A DNA stretch of 64,000 nt from contig MU008193.1 in the NCBI GenBank assembly GCA_010909165.1, positions 248,001 to 312,000 of the forward strand. The letters are read 5' to 3'. Below are positions 14,776-25,291 of the stretch, in pieces. Position 1 is the first letter of the stretch. Every line of letters starts with the position of its first letter. Below the pieces are notes generated by a model. The model ran no database searches, was not told the origin of the DNA, and saw only the letters and a program-made list of their open reading frames with translations. The position numbers and the translations under genes were made by a program. Source of the stretch: Anthoceros angustus (lineage: Eukaryota; Plantae; Anthocerotophyta).

Positions 14776-15187
14776 CTTGCCGGAGTTGTGAAACGCGAGC
14801 AACACAGCGAAAAGGAATCGCTGGAGGCTCGCTCTGCCCTAAATACGAGTCGGGGCTGCTATTACGCATTACAAATATTACAAACCTGTTTAGATACTGT
14901 TGGCCGTGTGTTGGGTGAAGAATACCCTAAATCCGTAATTGGAAGTGAAGCAAGTCTTAATTGGGAACTGCTCTTTCCTCTTCGTGTTACTCTGCTGTTA
15001 GCATGAGACAAGTGTTGCAGGCCTGTATGCCGCCGGCCTGGATGGAGGCTGGAGAGCTCTGCACATTGCGTTGGCTTTGTTGGAGCGGTTCTAGGAGCGG
15101 CGGAGGAAGATCGTGTTTGAGAGGCTAGTGCTGAAGACGGAGGAAGAGCAAAAGGAACAGCTGCCGAGAACTGCCAGGCTTTGAGTT

Positions 15188-16497
15188 ATGGGGGACTCTG
15201 GGGAGACGGACAAGAATATTGCGATATGGAAGATAAAGAAGCTGATCAAGGGCCTGGAATCTGCACGGGGCAATGGCACCAGCATGATTTCACTCATCAT
15301 GCCACCGAGGGATCAGATATCCCGGGTGGTGAAGATGCTCGGAGAGGAGTTCGGCACAGCGTCTAATATCAAGAACAGGGTGAATCGGCAGTCGGTGCTC
15401 GGAGCCATCACTTCTGCTCAGCAGAGGTTGAAGTTGTTCAATCGAGTTCCACCGAATGGTCTGGTTTTGTACACCGGCACTATTGTGATGGATGACGGGA
15501 AGGAGAAGAAGGTAACCTTCGACTTTGAGCCGTTCAAACCTATTAACGCGTCGCTCTACTTGTGTGACAACAAGTTTCATACTGAAGCTCTGAACGAATT
15601 GCTGGAGTCAGATGATAAGTTCGGGTTCATCGTGATGGATGGAAACGGTACCCTGTTCGGGACTTTGAGTGGTAACACTCGGGAAGTGCTGCACAAGTTT
15701 ACTGTAGATCTGCCGAAGAAGCATGGTCGGGAGGGCAGTCAGCTCTTCGATTTGCCCGGCTTAGGATGGAGAAAAGGCACAACTATGTGAGAAAGACGGC
15801 TGAGTTGGCAACGCAGTTTTTTGTGAATCCGGCAACCAGTCAGCCGAACGTGTCTGGTCTCATTCTGGCAGGATCTGCTGATTTTAAGACCGAGTTGAGT
15901 CAGTCGGACATGTTTGACCCTAGGCTTCAAGCCAAGGTTCTGAGTGTGGTGGATGTGTCGTATGGTGGTGAGAATGGCTTCAGCCAAGCCATAGAGCTGT
16001 CGTCTGAGATTCTGTCTAACGTGAAGTTCATTCAGGAGAAGAAGTTGATAGGAAGATATTTCGAGGAGATCAGTCAGGACACTGGGAAATACGTGTATGG
16101 AATCGAGGACACGTTGAAGGCTTTGGAAGCAGGTGCTGTTGAGATTTTGATTGTGTGGGAGAACCTGGATGTTCATCGGTATGTGTTGAAGCACTCTATC
16201 ACGGCTGATACCATCATCAAACATTTGAACAAAGAGCAGGAAGCGGATCAGTCTCAGTTTAGGGACCCTGAGACTCAGGCGGAGCTTGAAGTGCAGGACA
16301 AGCTGTCCCTGCTGGAGTGGTTTGCTAACGAGTACAAAAAGTTCGGCTGTACACTTGAGTTTGTCACAAACAAATCGCAAGAGGGTTCCCAGTTCTGCAG
16401 AGGCTTTGGTGGGATTGGAGGCATTCTGCGCTACCAACTTGACATGAGAACCTTTGATGAGCTGTCTGATGATGGCGATGTCTACGATTCGGACTAG
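15188..16497 (+). CDS. ERF1: Eukaryotic release factor 1, copy 1; 1-nt deletion at 15729-15731 (GGG instead of GGGG) just before GGQ
   Basis: [12 protein letters not shown] (NIKS-type loop), YLCDNKF, and a C-terminal half to GIGGILRY. It is 1310 nt, one short of 437 codons. Real lesion versus sequencing error is unresolved. Confidence 0.9.
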
Positions 16498-16574
16498 AAG
16501 GTGTGCATACAGGATTGCTAAGCAGCCTTTCCCGGCTCGGGGCTGTTGGACTACTTACGAGACTGTAGGCCAGG

Positions 16575-17260
16575 TTAAGCTCGCCTTGGAGCTGAAGCAA
16601 TTTTGCTTTGTGACACTGGAGGAGGTGTTGAGGCGGGTTTGGGCCCGTGTGCTTCCAGGAGCTACTGCCTGTGCTTCCAGGAGCTGATGGCTGGGTACCT
16701 CCAGGAGCTGCTGCTTTGGAGGATGCAGTAGCCTTCACCAAGCAGACCTTGCTGCTGCTACTCCAGCTTGACCAGGAGGTGCAGGAGGTTTAGGAGCAGG
16801 GGCTGCGACCGGAGCTGGGTTCCTCTTACGTTGTTGCTGCTTCTTCTCGTTATGCACCTTCTTGTGAGGTTCTACACGGGACTGCGGTTCAATTCCTGCA
16901 CAGTCTCTCGCTGTGCTTCAATTTTCTCTATATTCTGCGACAAAGGACATTCCAATGTCAGCGTCATAAGCTATCGGCTGTTTGCCCTGCTACTTAAATG
17001 CACCCCTAATTTGATGGTCAAGGTTGGTGCCCGTTTTCATTGTCCCTGTGGGAATTGTTTGTGTTTCCAGTGCTTTCTGCCTTTTCATGGGCCCAAGTTG
17101 TAGTAGTATGTAAGTAGCTCTTCTAGCTACTGATGGCTAAACTCTTTCTTTCTCCGGACCCTCCAATCTCTCCTACATCCATGTCGAGAAGCTTGGCACT
17201 CCATAAATTTTCTCCGTGGTATTTTTTGCAACCTCCAAGGTCTGTAGGTCTGTTGTGGTC
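16575..17260 (-). pseudogene. Degenerate 3' half of gene X (see 19644-20834)
   Basis: Aligns to gene X exons 3-4 (LVKATASSKAAAPGGTQPSAPGST; LDMDVGEIGG) with frameshifts. Confidence 0.7.
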
Positions 17261-17973
17261 ACACCTATACCAGGTCTCCACGTTTTCATGTTGTGGGAGT
17301 AGCCGATGCGTACTTCAAAACGATGAAGCCATGTTGCAGGCCATGCCATGACTACCAAGATGTCGTAGGTCGAATGGCTGTGGTTGCATGACTCAGCAGA
17401 ATGTGGAGATCAGTTAGGCAGCATTTCGATAACTGTAAAAATTACCTCAATTCTACCGGCAGGTGTCACCGGCCTCCGGTCCCCAACTTTTGGAAGCACC
17501 GTTATCGGAACCGGCAAGTTTGAGAGTGCCGGTCCCCTGAGCAGTTTGCAAGATCCGAACAAACTTTTGTGGATAGATGTGCGGATGCAAATTATCCCAC
17601 ATTGCCGAACTCAATAGCATGCACACACGGTGGTATCATTAGCCAATGCTCTGATTAGGACTGATAGTTATTCCACTTCTATCAACTGAATTATGTGTTT
17701 ATCTTCGGTGGAAACTCCAAATTCCTCCAAAATCTTCCCATGCAAGGTCGAGCCCTCCCACCATCAATTCCAAGCAGCATGGGTAGGCATGTTTCCACGA
17801 GCTGCAGCCCGCGGTAAAAGAAACAGAAACATTCTACCTCAACAGAACAGTTCTCAAGAAATAGGAAGCTTGCTGATCAGCAGCCCTCACTACGGTGCCG
17901 TGGCTGCCGAACCATGCATACGCATTTTAGATGCAAAACTGTTTGCTTACTGTTGGCGTAGGTTGCGGGCAGA

Positions 17974-17982
17974 AAACCCTAA
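17974..17982 (+). promoter_or_regulatory. Telo-box upstream of eRF1 copy 2
   Basis: aaaccctaa; a related taccctaaa lies near 14923 upstream of copy 1. Telo-boxes are typical of translation-machinery promoters. Confidence 0.45.
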
Positions 17983-18238
17983 TCGGTGATGGGAAATGAA
18001 GCCAAGCCCTAATTGGAACTCCTCCCGACCATTCGTGCTTCACTGCTGGTAGAATGGGACGTGTGTTGCAAGCCTGTGTGCTGCCCGCCTGAATGGAGTC
18101 TGAAGAGCTCTACACGTCTCGTTCGCTTTGCTGGAGAAGTTCTCGGAGCGCCGGAGGAAGATCGTGTTTGAGAGGCTAGTGCTGAAGGCGGAGGAAGAGC
18201 AAAAGGAACAGCTGCCGAGAACTGCCAGGCTTTGAGTT

Positions 18239-19547
18239 ATGGGGGACTCTGGGGAGACGGACAAGAATATCGCGATATGGAAGATAAAGAAGCTGATCAA
18301 GGGCCTGGAATCTGCACGGGGCAATGGCACCAGCATGATTTCACTCATCATGCCACCGAGGGATCAGATATCCAGGGTTGCGAAGATGCTCGGAGAGGAG
18401 TTCGGCACAGCGTCTAATATCAAGAACAGGGTGAATCGGCAGTCGGTGCTCGGAGCCATCACTTCTGCTCAGCAGAGGTTGAAGTTGTTCAATCGAGTGC
18501 CGCCGAATGGTCTGGTTTTGTACACCGGCACCATCGTGATGGATGACGGGAAGGAGAAGAAGGTGACCTTCGACTTTGAGCCTTTCAAGCCGATTAATGC
18601 GTCTCTCTATCTGTGTGACAACAAGTTTCATACCGAGGCTCTGAACGAATTGCTGGAGTCAGATGATAAGTTCGGGTTCATCGTGATGGATGGAAACGGT
18701 ACCCTGTTCGGGACTTTGAGTGGTAACACTCGGGAAGTGCTACAAGTTTACTGTAGATCTGCCGAAGAAGCATGGTCGGGGAGGGCAGTCAGCTCTTCGA
18801 TTTGCCCGGCTTAGGATGGAGAAAAGGCACAACTATGTGAGAAAGACGGCTGAGTTGGCAACGCAGTTTTTTGTGAATCCGGCAACAAGTCAGCCGAACG
18901 TGTCTGGTCTCATTCTGGCAGGATCTGCTGATTTTAAGACCGAGTTGAGTCAGTCGGACATGTTTGACCCTAGGCTTCAAGCCAAGGTTCTGAGTGTGGT
19001 GGATGTGTCGTATGGTGGTGAGAATGGCTTCAGCCAAGCCATAGAGCTGTCGTCTGAGATTCTGTCTAACGTAAAGTTCATTCAGGAGAAGAAGTTGATA
19101 GGAAGATACTTCGAGGAGATCAGTCAGGACACTGGGAAATACGTATATGGAATCGAGGACACGTTGAAGGCTTTGGAAGCAGGTGCTGTTGAGATTTTGA
19201 TTGTGTGGGAGAACCTGGATGTTCATCGGTATGTGTTGAAGCACTCCATCACGGCTGATACCATCATCAAACATTTGAACAAAGAGCAAGAAGCGGATCA
19301 GTCGCAGTTTAGGGACCCTGAGACTCAGGCGGAGCTTGAAGTGCAGGACAAGCTGTCCCTGCTGGAGTGGTTTGCTAACGAGTACAAAAAGTTCGGCTGT
19401 ACACTTGAGTTTGTCACAAACAAGTCGCAAGAGGGTTCCCAGTTCTGCAGAGGCTTTGGTGGGATTGGAGGCATTCTGCGCTACCAACTTGACATGAGAA
19501 CCTTTGATGAGCTGTCTGATGATGGCGGTGTCTACGAATCGGACTAG
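18239..19547 (+). CDS. ERF1: Eukaryotic release factor 1, copy 2; 2-nt deletion after 18741 (GTGCT[GC]ACAAG)
   Basis: Near-identical to copy 1, intact HGRGGQS motif; 1309 nt, two short of 437 codons. Confidence 0.9.
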
Positions 19548-19643
19548 AATGTGTGTATCGGACTAGAATGTGTGTATGCAGAACTGATAAGCAGCCTTTC
19601 CCGGCTCGGGGGTCTTGTACGACGTACGAGCCTGTAGGCCAGA

Positions 19644-20834
19644 TTAAGCTCGCCTTGGAGCTGAAGCAATTTTGCTTTGTGACACTGGAGGAGGTGTTGA
19701 GGCAGGTTTAGTAACTGAGGGCCGTGTGTTTTGTGACACTCGAGGAGGTGTTGCGGGGGGTTTGGTAACTGAGGGCCGTGTCACACCTGCCGTTGCCCGT
19801 GTGCTTCCAGGAGCTGATGGCTGGATACCTCCAGGAGCTGCTGCTTTGGGGGATGCAGTAGCCTTCACCAAAGAAGACCTTGCTGCAGCTGCTCCTGCCT
19901 GACCTCTGGCAGATGCAGGAGCTGCAGTAGGTTTAGGAGCTGGGGCCGTGCTGGAAGCTGGTTTCTTCTTCTTCTTCTGCTTCTTTTTCCTCTCTTCATC
20001 CACCTTCTTTTGCAGTTCTGCACGGTACCTGCGGTTCAGTTCCTGGACAATTTCGCGTTCTGCTTCAATCTTCTCTACTTTCTGCGATTAAGAACATCTC
20101 TATGTTAGCGTTATAATTTATCGCCGTTTGATGCCGTAGTTAAAAGTATAGTTGCATGGTCTATGTTGGTCCCTGCATTTGCTTGTCCCTCTCGGAAGGG
20201 TTTGTGTATGGAGTGCTGTCTACCTTTTCGTGGGGCACAATCAACTTCGTCCATATGTGATCGCCCTCATGGCAACGCGTGTACCTGCCACACGGGGCGC
20301 AAGTTGTGAGTGAGTGGCTCTCCTGCCTGCCATTGCTAAGGTCCTTCCACCCCAACAGCTCCTTCTTTTCTACATACCCTCCAAGCTCTCCTACATCAAT
20401 GTCGAGAGGAGCTTTGTAATTAAGGGGCTTTCCTGGATACTCTACCCAGAGCTTCCCTCCACCCTCCAAATCTTGCTGCTTTGTCTTGTACCTGTAGCAA
20501 TGGCGGATTTAGCAGAAATGCCAGGGCCATATGCAACCTCGCTAATGCAAAGCGGATAAGGCGAGTACCACTCACTTGACTCCTAAGACCCTCCCGATGA
20601 GACCCAGTGGAGTTTTTATGAGATCACCACCCTGCAGCAAGAACGTAGCTGGAATGTAATGCCTCTTTTGTGCACGGCAAGGCCACGATGTACTCAACAG
20701 CAAGATGCAGGAGGGGAGTGCACCTTCAAGCCCCAGAAGGCGAACAGGTCTTCGGGATTAGTCCAGTATGGCGGCAACTTCTTCTTCTTCTTCTTCTTTC
20801 CTTTCTTCGTCTTCTTCTTGGGAGCGAGCGGCAT
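19644..20834 (-). CDS. 'Gene X': uncharacterised 290-aa protein with poly-Lys N-terminus, predicted beta-rich core, charged helix and Pro/Ala/Thr tail
   Basis: Exons 20834-20724, 20631-20576, 20491-20224, 20081-19644 have canonical GT-AG sites and join in frame (873 nt): MPLAPKKKTKKGKKKKKKKLPPYWTNPEDLFAFWGLKGGDLIKTPLGLIGRVLGVKYKTKQQDLEGGGKLWVEYPGK...EREIVQELNRRYRAELQKKVDEERKKK... Confidence 0.8.
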
Positions 20835-21551
20835 TCTGTGAACTCACAACGCCTCCAAGCCCGCACTAGAGCAAGCCCGACGAGACCAGTCTACGGCCAT
20901 TTCTTCCTCCTCTTTCTCATTGGATACGCAATCCAGGATCACAGGCTGCCAGATACTGCCAATTCCGCTCCTTTGCAGCACAGGTAACAGGACGGACGCG
21001 TCTCCCGATTTCATCACCGGCTTCAGATCTTGTTCTGCTCACAACATGGATGCCTAATGCTGCAGCGACCCGCAGAATCTCGGACAACAATTTCTGTCTT
21101 CCCTTTCGCGTGAAGCAAAATGCGCCTCACCTTGCACCGAATTCCCCAGAGGAATCGCGTATCATCGATTTGGATGCTTTGCGAGGCGCATACCTCGCCT
21201 CGCAATCCACTGTCAGCTGGAATGCCTTTGTGTCTATGCGTGCTCAAACCCCCGAGTCGCCTATTCCACAACCGAGGCTTGGAGCAGTAGGGCAGAAGGA
21301 ACGCGGAAACTGGAGATGCAGCCTCGGATGCAAGTAAGCCCTTTGTTCCGGCCTGGATGCGGGAAAACCAGTTGTGCAAAGCTGTGGACATCCGATGGGT
21401 TTCATTCTTCCCACGCCAGGCAGTGACTGAGGAGACGAGTGAAGACGCAGAACGCGTCTCTTCGACACTAACAGGCTTCCTGTTAACGGCTGCCTCACTC
21501 CTTTAGGAAAAAGCACCTTCGATGGCGGTAAGTTGTGTGGAAAAGCTAGGC

Positions 21552-22310
21552 ATGGCAAGCTCTGCTGCGGTTGCGGAGACATGGCCAACTTTTGGCCCTG
21601 TCAGAGCATGTAGTGGCATGCTGGGTTCTGTTCCGTCATCCGGATATGGGTCGGGTTTGTAGGTTCAGAGAGTGCGGGGTATCGTGGCTGGTGTGGCACA
21701 GGTTGGAAGTGACAAAGGTGGGCTTGCTGGTGTCCTTACCGAGTCTGTCCACTGGGGGCTCACATAGATCACCGAGTGATTTGCTCCCACCCCGCCTTGC
21801 CGTTAGGATCGGAGGTCACTTGAAGAAAGCCGGCAGTGGGTTTCCAAGCAGGTCGGGAAATGCCAACAGCCGTCCTCCATCTCGGGCTTGCAGGGTGACT
21901 GTGTGACTGCCATGGCGTGCTCCTTGGATTTGTTCCTTCCGAATCTTGCAAGGTACTGAATGTCGTGTTTGTGAGATCCATTAGCTCTTTTCCCCTCCGA
22001 CGTCCTACAGTCGCGAAGCTTGTGAACTGTTTGTCCCCTTGGTTTTACAGGATGCAGTTGCGTTCTACATAATAGTACCGTTTGCCTCTCCACACGCCCA
22101 AGCTCAGTCGGTTGAGCACATGCCTGCTAACTGCGAGGTCGGAGGTTTGAATTTGCCAGGCGCATTTTATCATGACAATTTGGACGCATCCTCATGGAGC
22201 GATATAAGCGTCTATGAAGTCTGTGAATTTGCCAATATACATGGTTAGGGTCAAATATCTCTCCTTCACCAAGAAGGGCCAAGTGATTTCCAGAATTGCC
22301 TCGAAGTGTC
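21552..22310 (+). pseudogene. GALAK: 5'-partial galacturonokinase pseudogene (exons 1-3 plus an exon 4 remnant)
   Basis: MASSAAVAETWPTFGP / VQRVRGIVAG..., frameshift before CPLGAHIDH, 13-nt deletion in exon 3; no downstream exons. Confidence 0.8.
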
Positions 22311-22518
22311 CTTTGGCAGGGTCGGGTGCAGCTTGTTTATTTTCAAAGTGTTCGATGTATACAAAAATGAATTGAGAGCTACCATCCATGGTCAGGGGTG
22401 ACCTGATCACAAACTCTAATACGGTTTCAAGCGCCATCATGTCAGCATGCGACTGTGAGACCTGGGACTGGTTCAGCTTTCTAGTGAGGTGAGGGCATAC
22501 AACTCAACCAAGGATGCG

Positions 22519-23150
22519 TCATGTTCTACAACAATATCCTCAAAAGCCTTTACCTCGTGTTTACATTTGCCATCCTTCACGTCCGTTGTCTAGTCTTCCA
22601 GGCTTGCTAGTTTTCAAGGTCCGTGGACTTCTTAGCAAGAACAGGTGGAGCATGTCAATGCCTTACGCATGCACAATTTTTACCTTAGCTTCCTGCCCAT
22701 GAGACCATGGGAGGAGCAAAGGCCGTTGTTGCTAGAAGCCCGCGGACCCTGAAAACTGGGAAACCTGGAAAATGCATGCTTTACGACTTAGGAAAGCCTG
22801 GAAAAGGGCAGGCATGGTCAACAGACGTAAATGACGCTTATATACATTTGAGCAAGTGCAAATACCAAATACAAGAACATGGAAAGCTTGTTTTGAGGAC
22901 ATGGTTTGGGAGCATGACGCATGGTTACGGAATATGACGCAGCCTTGGCTCACTCTTACCACACTTGGCTGACTCTTACCACAAAGCTCAGCACCTCTAG
23001 GCCTCGCTGCTATTGAAACGTCCTCCAAGCTCCCACCTTCCACAAACGGCAGACGACGTCCTCGAGGCTCCCAGCTTCTACAAACGGCAGAAAAGATGTG
23101 TACACAAGATATTAACACTTTCCAATCCGGTTGTGCTTACAGGAGGGCTT
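22519..23150 (+). pseudogene. Disrupted paralogue of the 171-aa orphan ORF
   Basis: Shares LSKCKYQIQEHG, LKRPPSSHLP, CVHKILTLSNPVVLT with 23359-23874; frameshifts and small internal duplications. Confidence 0.6.
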
Positions 23151-23358
23151 ACAAAATCGCACTTTTGCGGTGTAGCTTGTTTCTTTTCCGAGGGTTAAAT
23201 ATAAACAAAAATGAATTGAGATCTACGATACGTGGTCAGAAACAAAAGGAGTATCCTGATCACAAACTCTCATATCCTTTTCGGGCGCCATGCGACTGTG
23301 AGAACTGAAACAGGTTGAGCTTTGTGGTGAGGGCATACAACTCAACCAAGGCTGAGTC

Positions 23359-23874
23359 ATGCTCCACAACCATATCCTCAAAAGCCTTCTCCTATTCTTG
23401 CATCTGGTGTTTAAACTTGCCCAAAGCTTCCTACACATCTGTTGGTCTAGTCTTCCAGGCTCGCTAGTTTCAGGGTCCATGGACTTCATAAAAGTACTAA
23501 ACCTGAAACCTGAAACTAGCAGACTGGGAAGCCAAGAAAAGGAAGGCACCGTCGACACATTGAGCAAGTGCAAATATCATATACAAGAACATGGAACGCT
23601 TTCGAGGACATGTTCCGCAACGCATTGGAGGACATGGTTGGTGAACAAGATACAGGCAGCCTTGGTTGAGCTTTATGCTCTCAGCACAAAACTCAAGAAT
23701 CTCGACCTCTCATGGCAACTGAAACCTCCACCAGGCTCCCAACTTCCAAGATTCCAGAAGTTGTGCGTGCACAACATACTAACACTCTCAAATCAGATTG
23801 TGCTTACAAGAGATATTGACCAGCTCCAGGCCGTTCTTGGAAAGCTCGCTGCAACGTTTCCTTCTCAAAACTAA
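23359..23874 (+). CDS. Uncharacterised 171-aa orphan ORF, hydrophobic N-terminus
   Basis: ATG-initiated intact ORF with amino-acid-level similarity to its upstream tandem paralogue. Confidence 0.4.
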   Translation: MLHNHILKSLLLFLHLVFKLAQSFLHICWSSLPGSLVSGSMDFIKVLNLKPETSRLGSQEKEGTVDTLSKCKYHIQEHGTLSRTCSATHWRTWLVNKIQAALVELYALSTKLKNLDLSWQLKPPPGSQLPRFQKLCVHNILTLSNQIVLTRDIDQLQAVLGKLAATFPSQN

Positions 23875-24080
23875 AACCTTGTGTCCGTCACAAGAATAAA
23901 AAGGTGGACAATGACTAGAAACCAAACCCTCGATTTCGGACCATGCTCCTGACCACGAACTCTTCAACTCTTTCACAAAAGTACACCGACCTTTGGTTCC
24001 AAATCATGAGAAACATGAAACATGCAGGAAACCTGGCAAGCCTGTAGGAGCGGAAGCCGGCGAGCTTGGGTGTAACCAAC

Positions 24081-24197
24081 GAGACTGCAACCTTACGTAG
24101 ACCCGTGGTCGATAAGAGGACTGTAACCTAACCTAGGACCGTGGTCGACAAAAGGATTCTAACCTAACCTAGGCCCGTGGTCGACAAGAGACTGTAA
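24081..24197. repeat. 36-bp minisatellite, about 3 copies
   Basis: ccgtggtcga at 24103, 24139, 24175; units contain taacctaacctagg. Confidence 0.85.
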
Positions 24198-24439
24198 TCA
24201 GACTTTACAAAGGATGTGTGTACGGCCTTCAGATAGCCCAATCAAAGGAGCCTGATCCGGCTCAGGACGGATGAGGATGAGGACATGCGTCCGTCCTTAA
24301 ATTGTGCTCTGAGTAATATCGGAATTAAGGTTTTGTCAACAACTGAGTTTTGGCATCCGAATGCCCGAAACAACCACCCAATCTTCAAAAGAATCCTAAA
24401 TCCTATGATAGCTCTATTCCGTCCGCTGCATACCTTCCT

Positions 24440-24692
24440 GGGACCTCCGCATGGCACCCAGTGGAGATGAGATCACCGCCCTGCAGCAAAGAATGGAGCC
24501 AGACAAAACTTGTAGCTGGAATATGATGCTTTTCTGTGCAAGGCAAGGCCACGATGTCCTCAACAGCAAGATGCAGGAGGGGAGTGCACTTCAGGCGTCA
24601 GAAGGCGAACAGGTCTTCAGGATTAGTCCACTATGCCAGCAACTTCCTCTTGCTCTTCTTATTTTCTTCAGCTTCTTGGGAGCGAACGGCAT
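24440..24692 (-). pseudogene. Dead copy of gene X exons 1-2
   Basis: ATG CCG TTC GCT CCC AAG at 24692; frameshift in the Lys tract, TAC>TAG and TGG>TGA nonsense changes; exon 2 starts GGDLI. Confidence 0.8.
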
Positions 24693-25291
24693 TCTGTGAA
24701 AAGGCATCGTCTCCAAGCCAAACCTAGTGCAAGCCCGACGGCCTTTCTTCCTCTTCTTTCTCATTGGATACAGCCAACCTGGATTGCCTTACGACCCTGC
24801 CAATTCCGCTCCTCTGCAGCAAAGATAACAGGACGGACGCTTTTCCTGAGGTCATCAGCGGCTTCAGATCTTGTTCCGCTAAACACATGCATGCCTAATG
24901 CTGCAGCGACCCGCAGCATCTCGGACAACTCTCGCCTTTCGCGTGAAGCAAAATGCGCCTCACCTAGCACCGGATTTCCCAGCGCAATCGCGTATCATCG
25001 AATTCCAATTCGAGTATCATCGAATTCCTACTTGGTGTCATCCAATGTCTTGCATGCAAACAGGCAGACTGTTCCGGCCTAGATGCCGGAAAATCAGTGT
25101 TGCAAAGCGAAGCTATGGACCATCCGATCCGTTTCATTCTTCCCAGCCCAGGCAGTGACTGAGGAAACGAGTGAAAGGTGCAAAACGAATTTCTTCGACA
25201 ATAACAAGCTTCGAAGTTCCTGTTACTGGCTGGCTCACTCCTTCAGGAAAGAGGACCTTCGGTGGCGGTCAATCGTGGGGAAACGCTAGGC

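Noticed and set aside
15739-19487. Two 232-aa minus-strand ORFs conserved in both eRF1 copies
   Set aside because: Antisense shadow of the eRF1 CDS; conservation follows from the sense gene
24121-24172. TAACCTAACC telomere-like (TTAGG) motif
   Set aside because: Only two units inside a 36-bp minisatellite; not the plant TTTAGGG repeat
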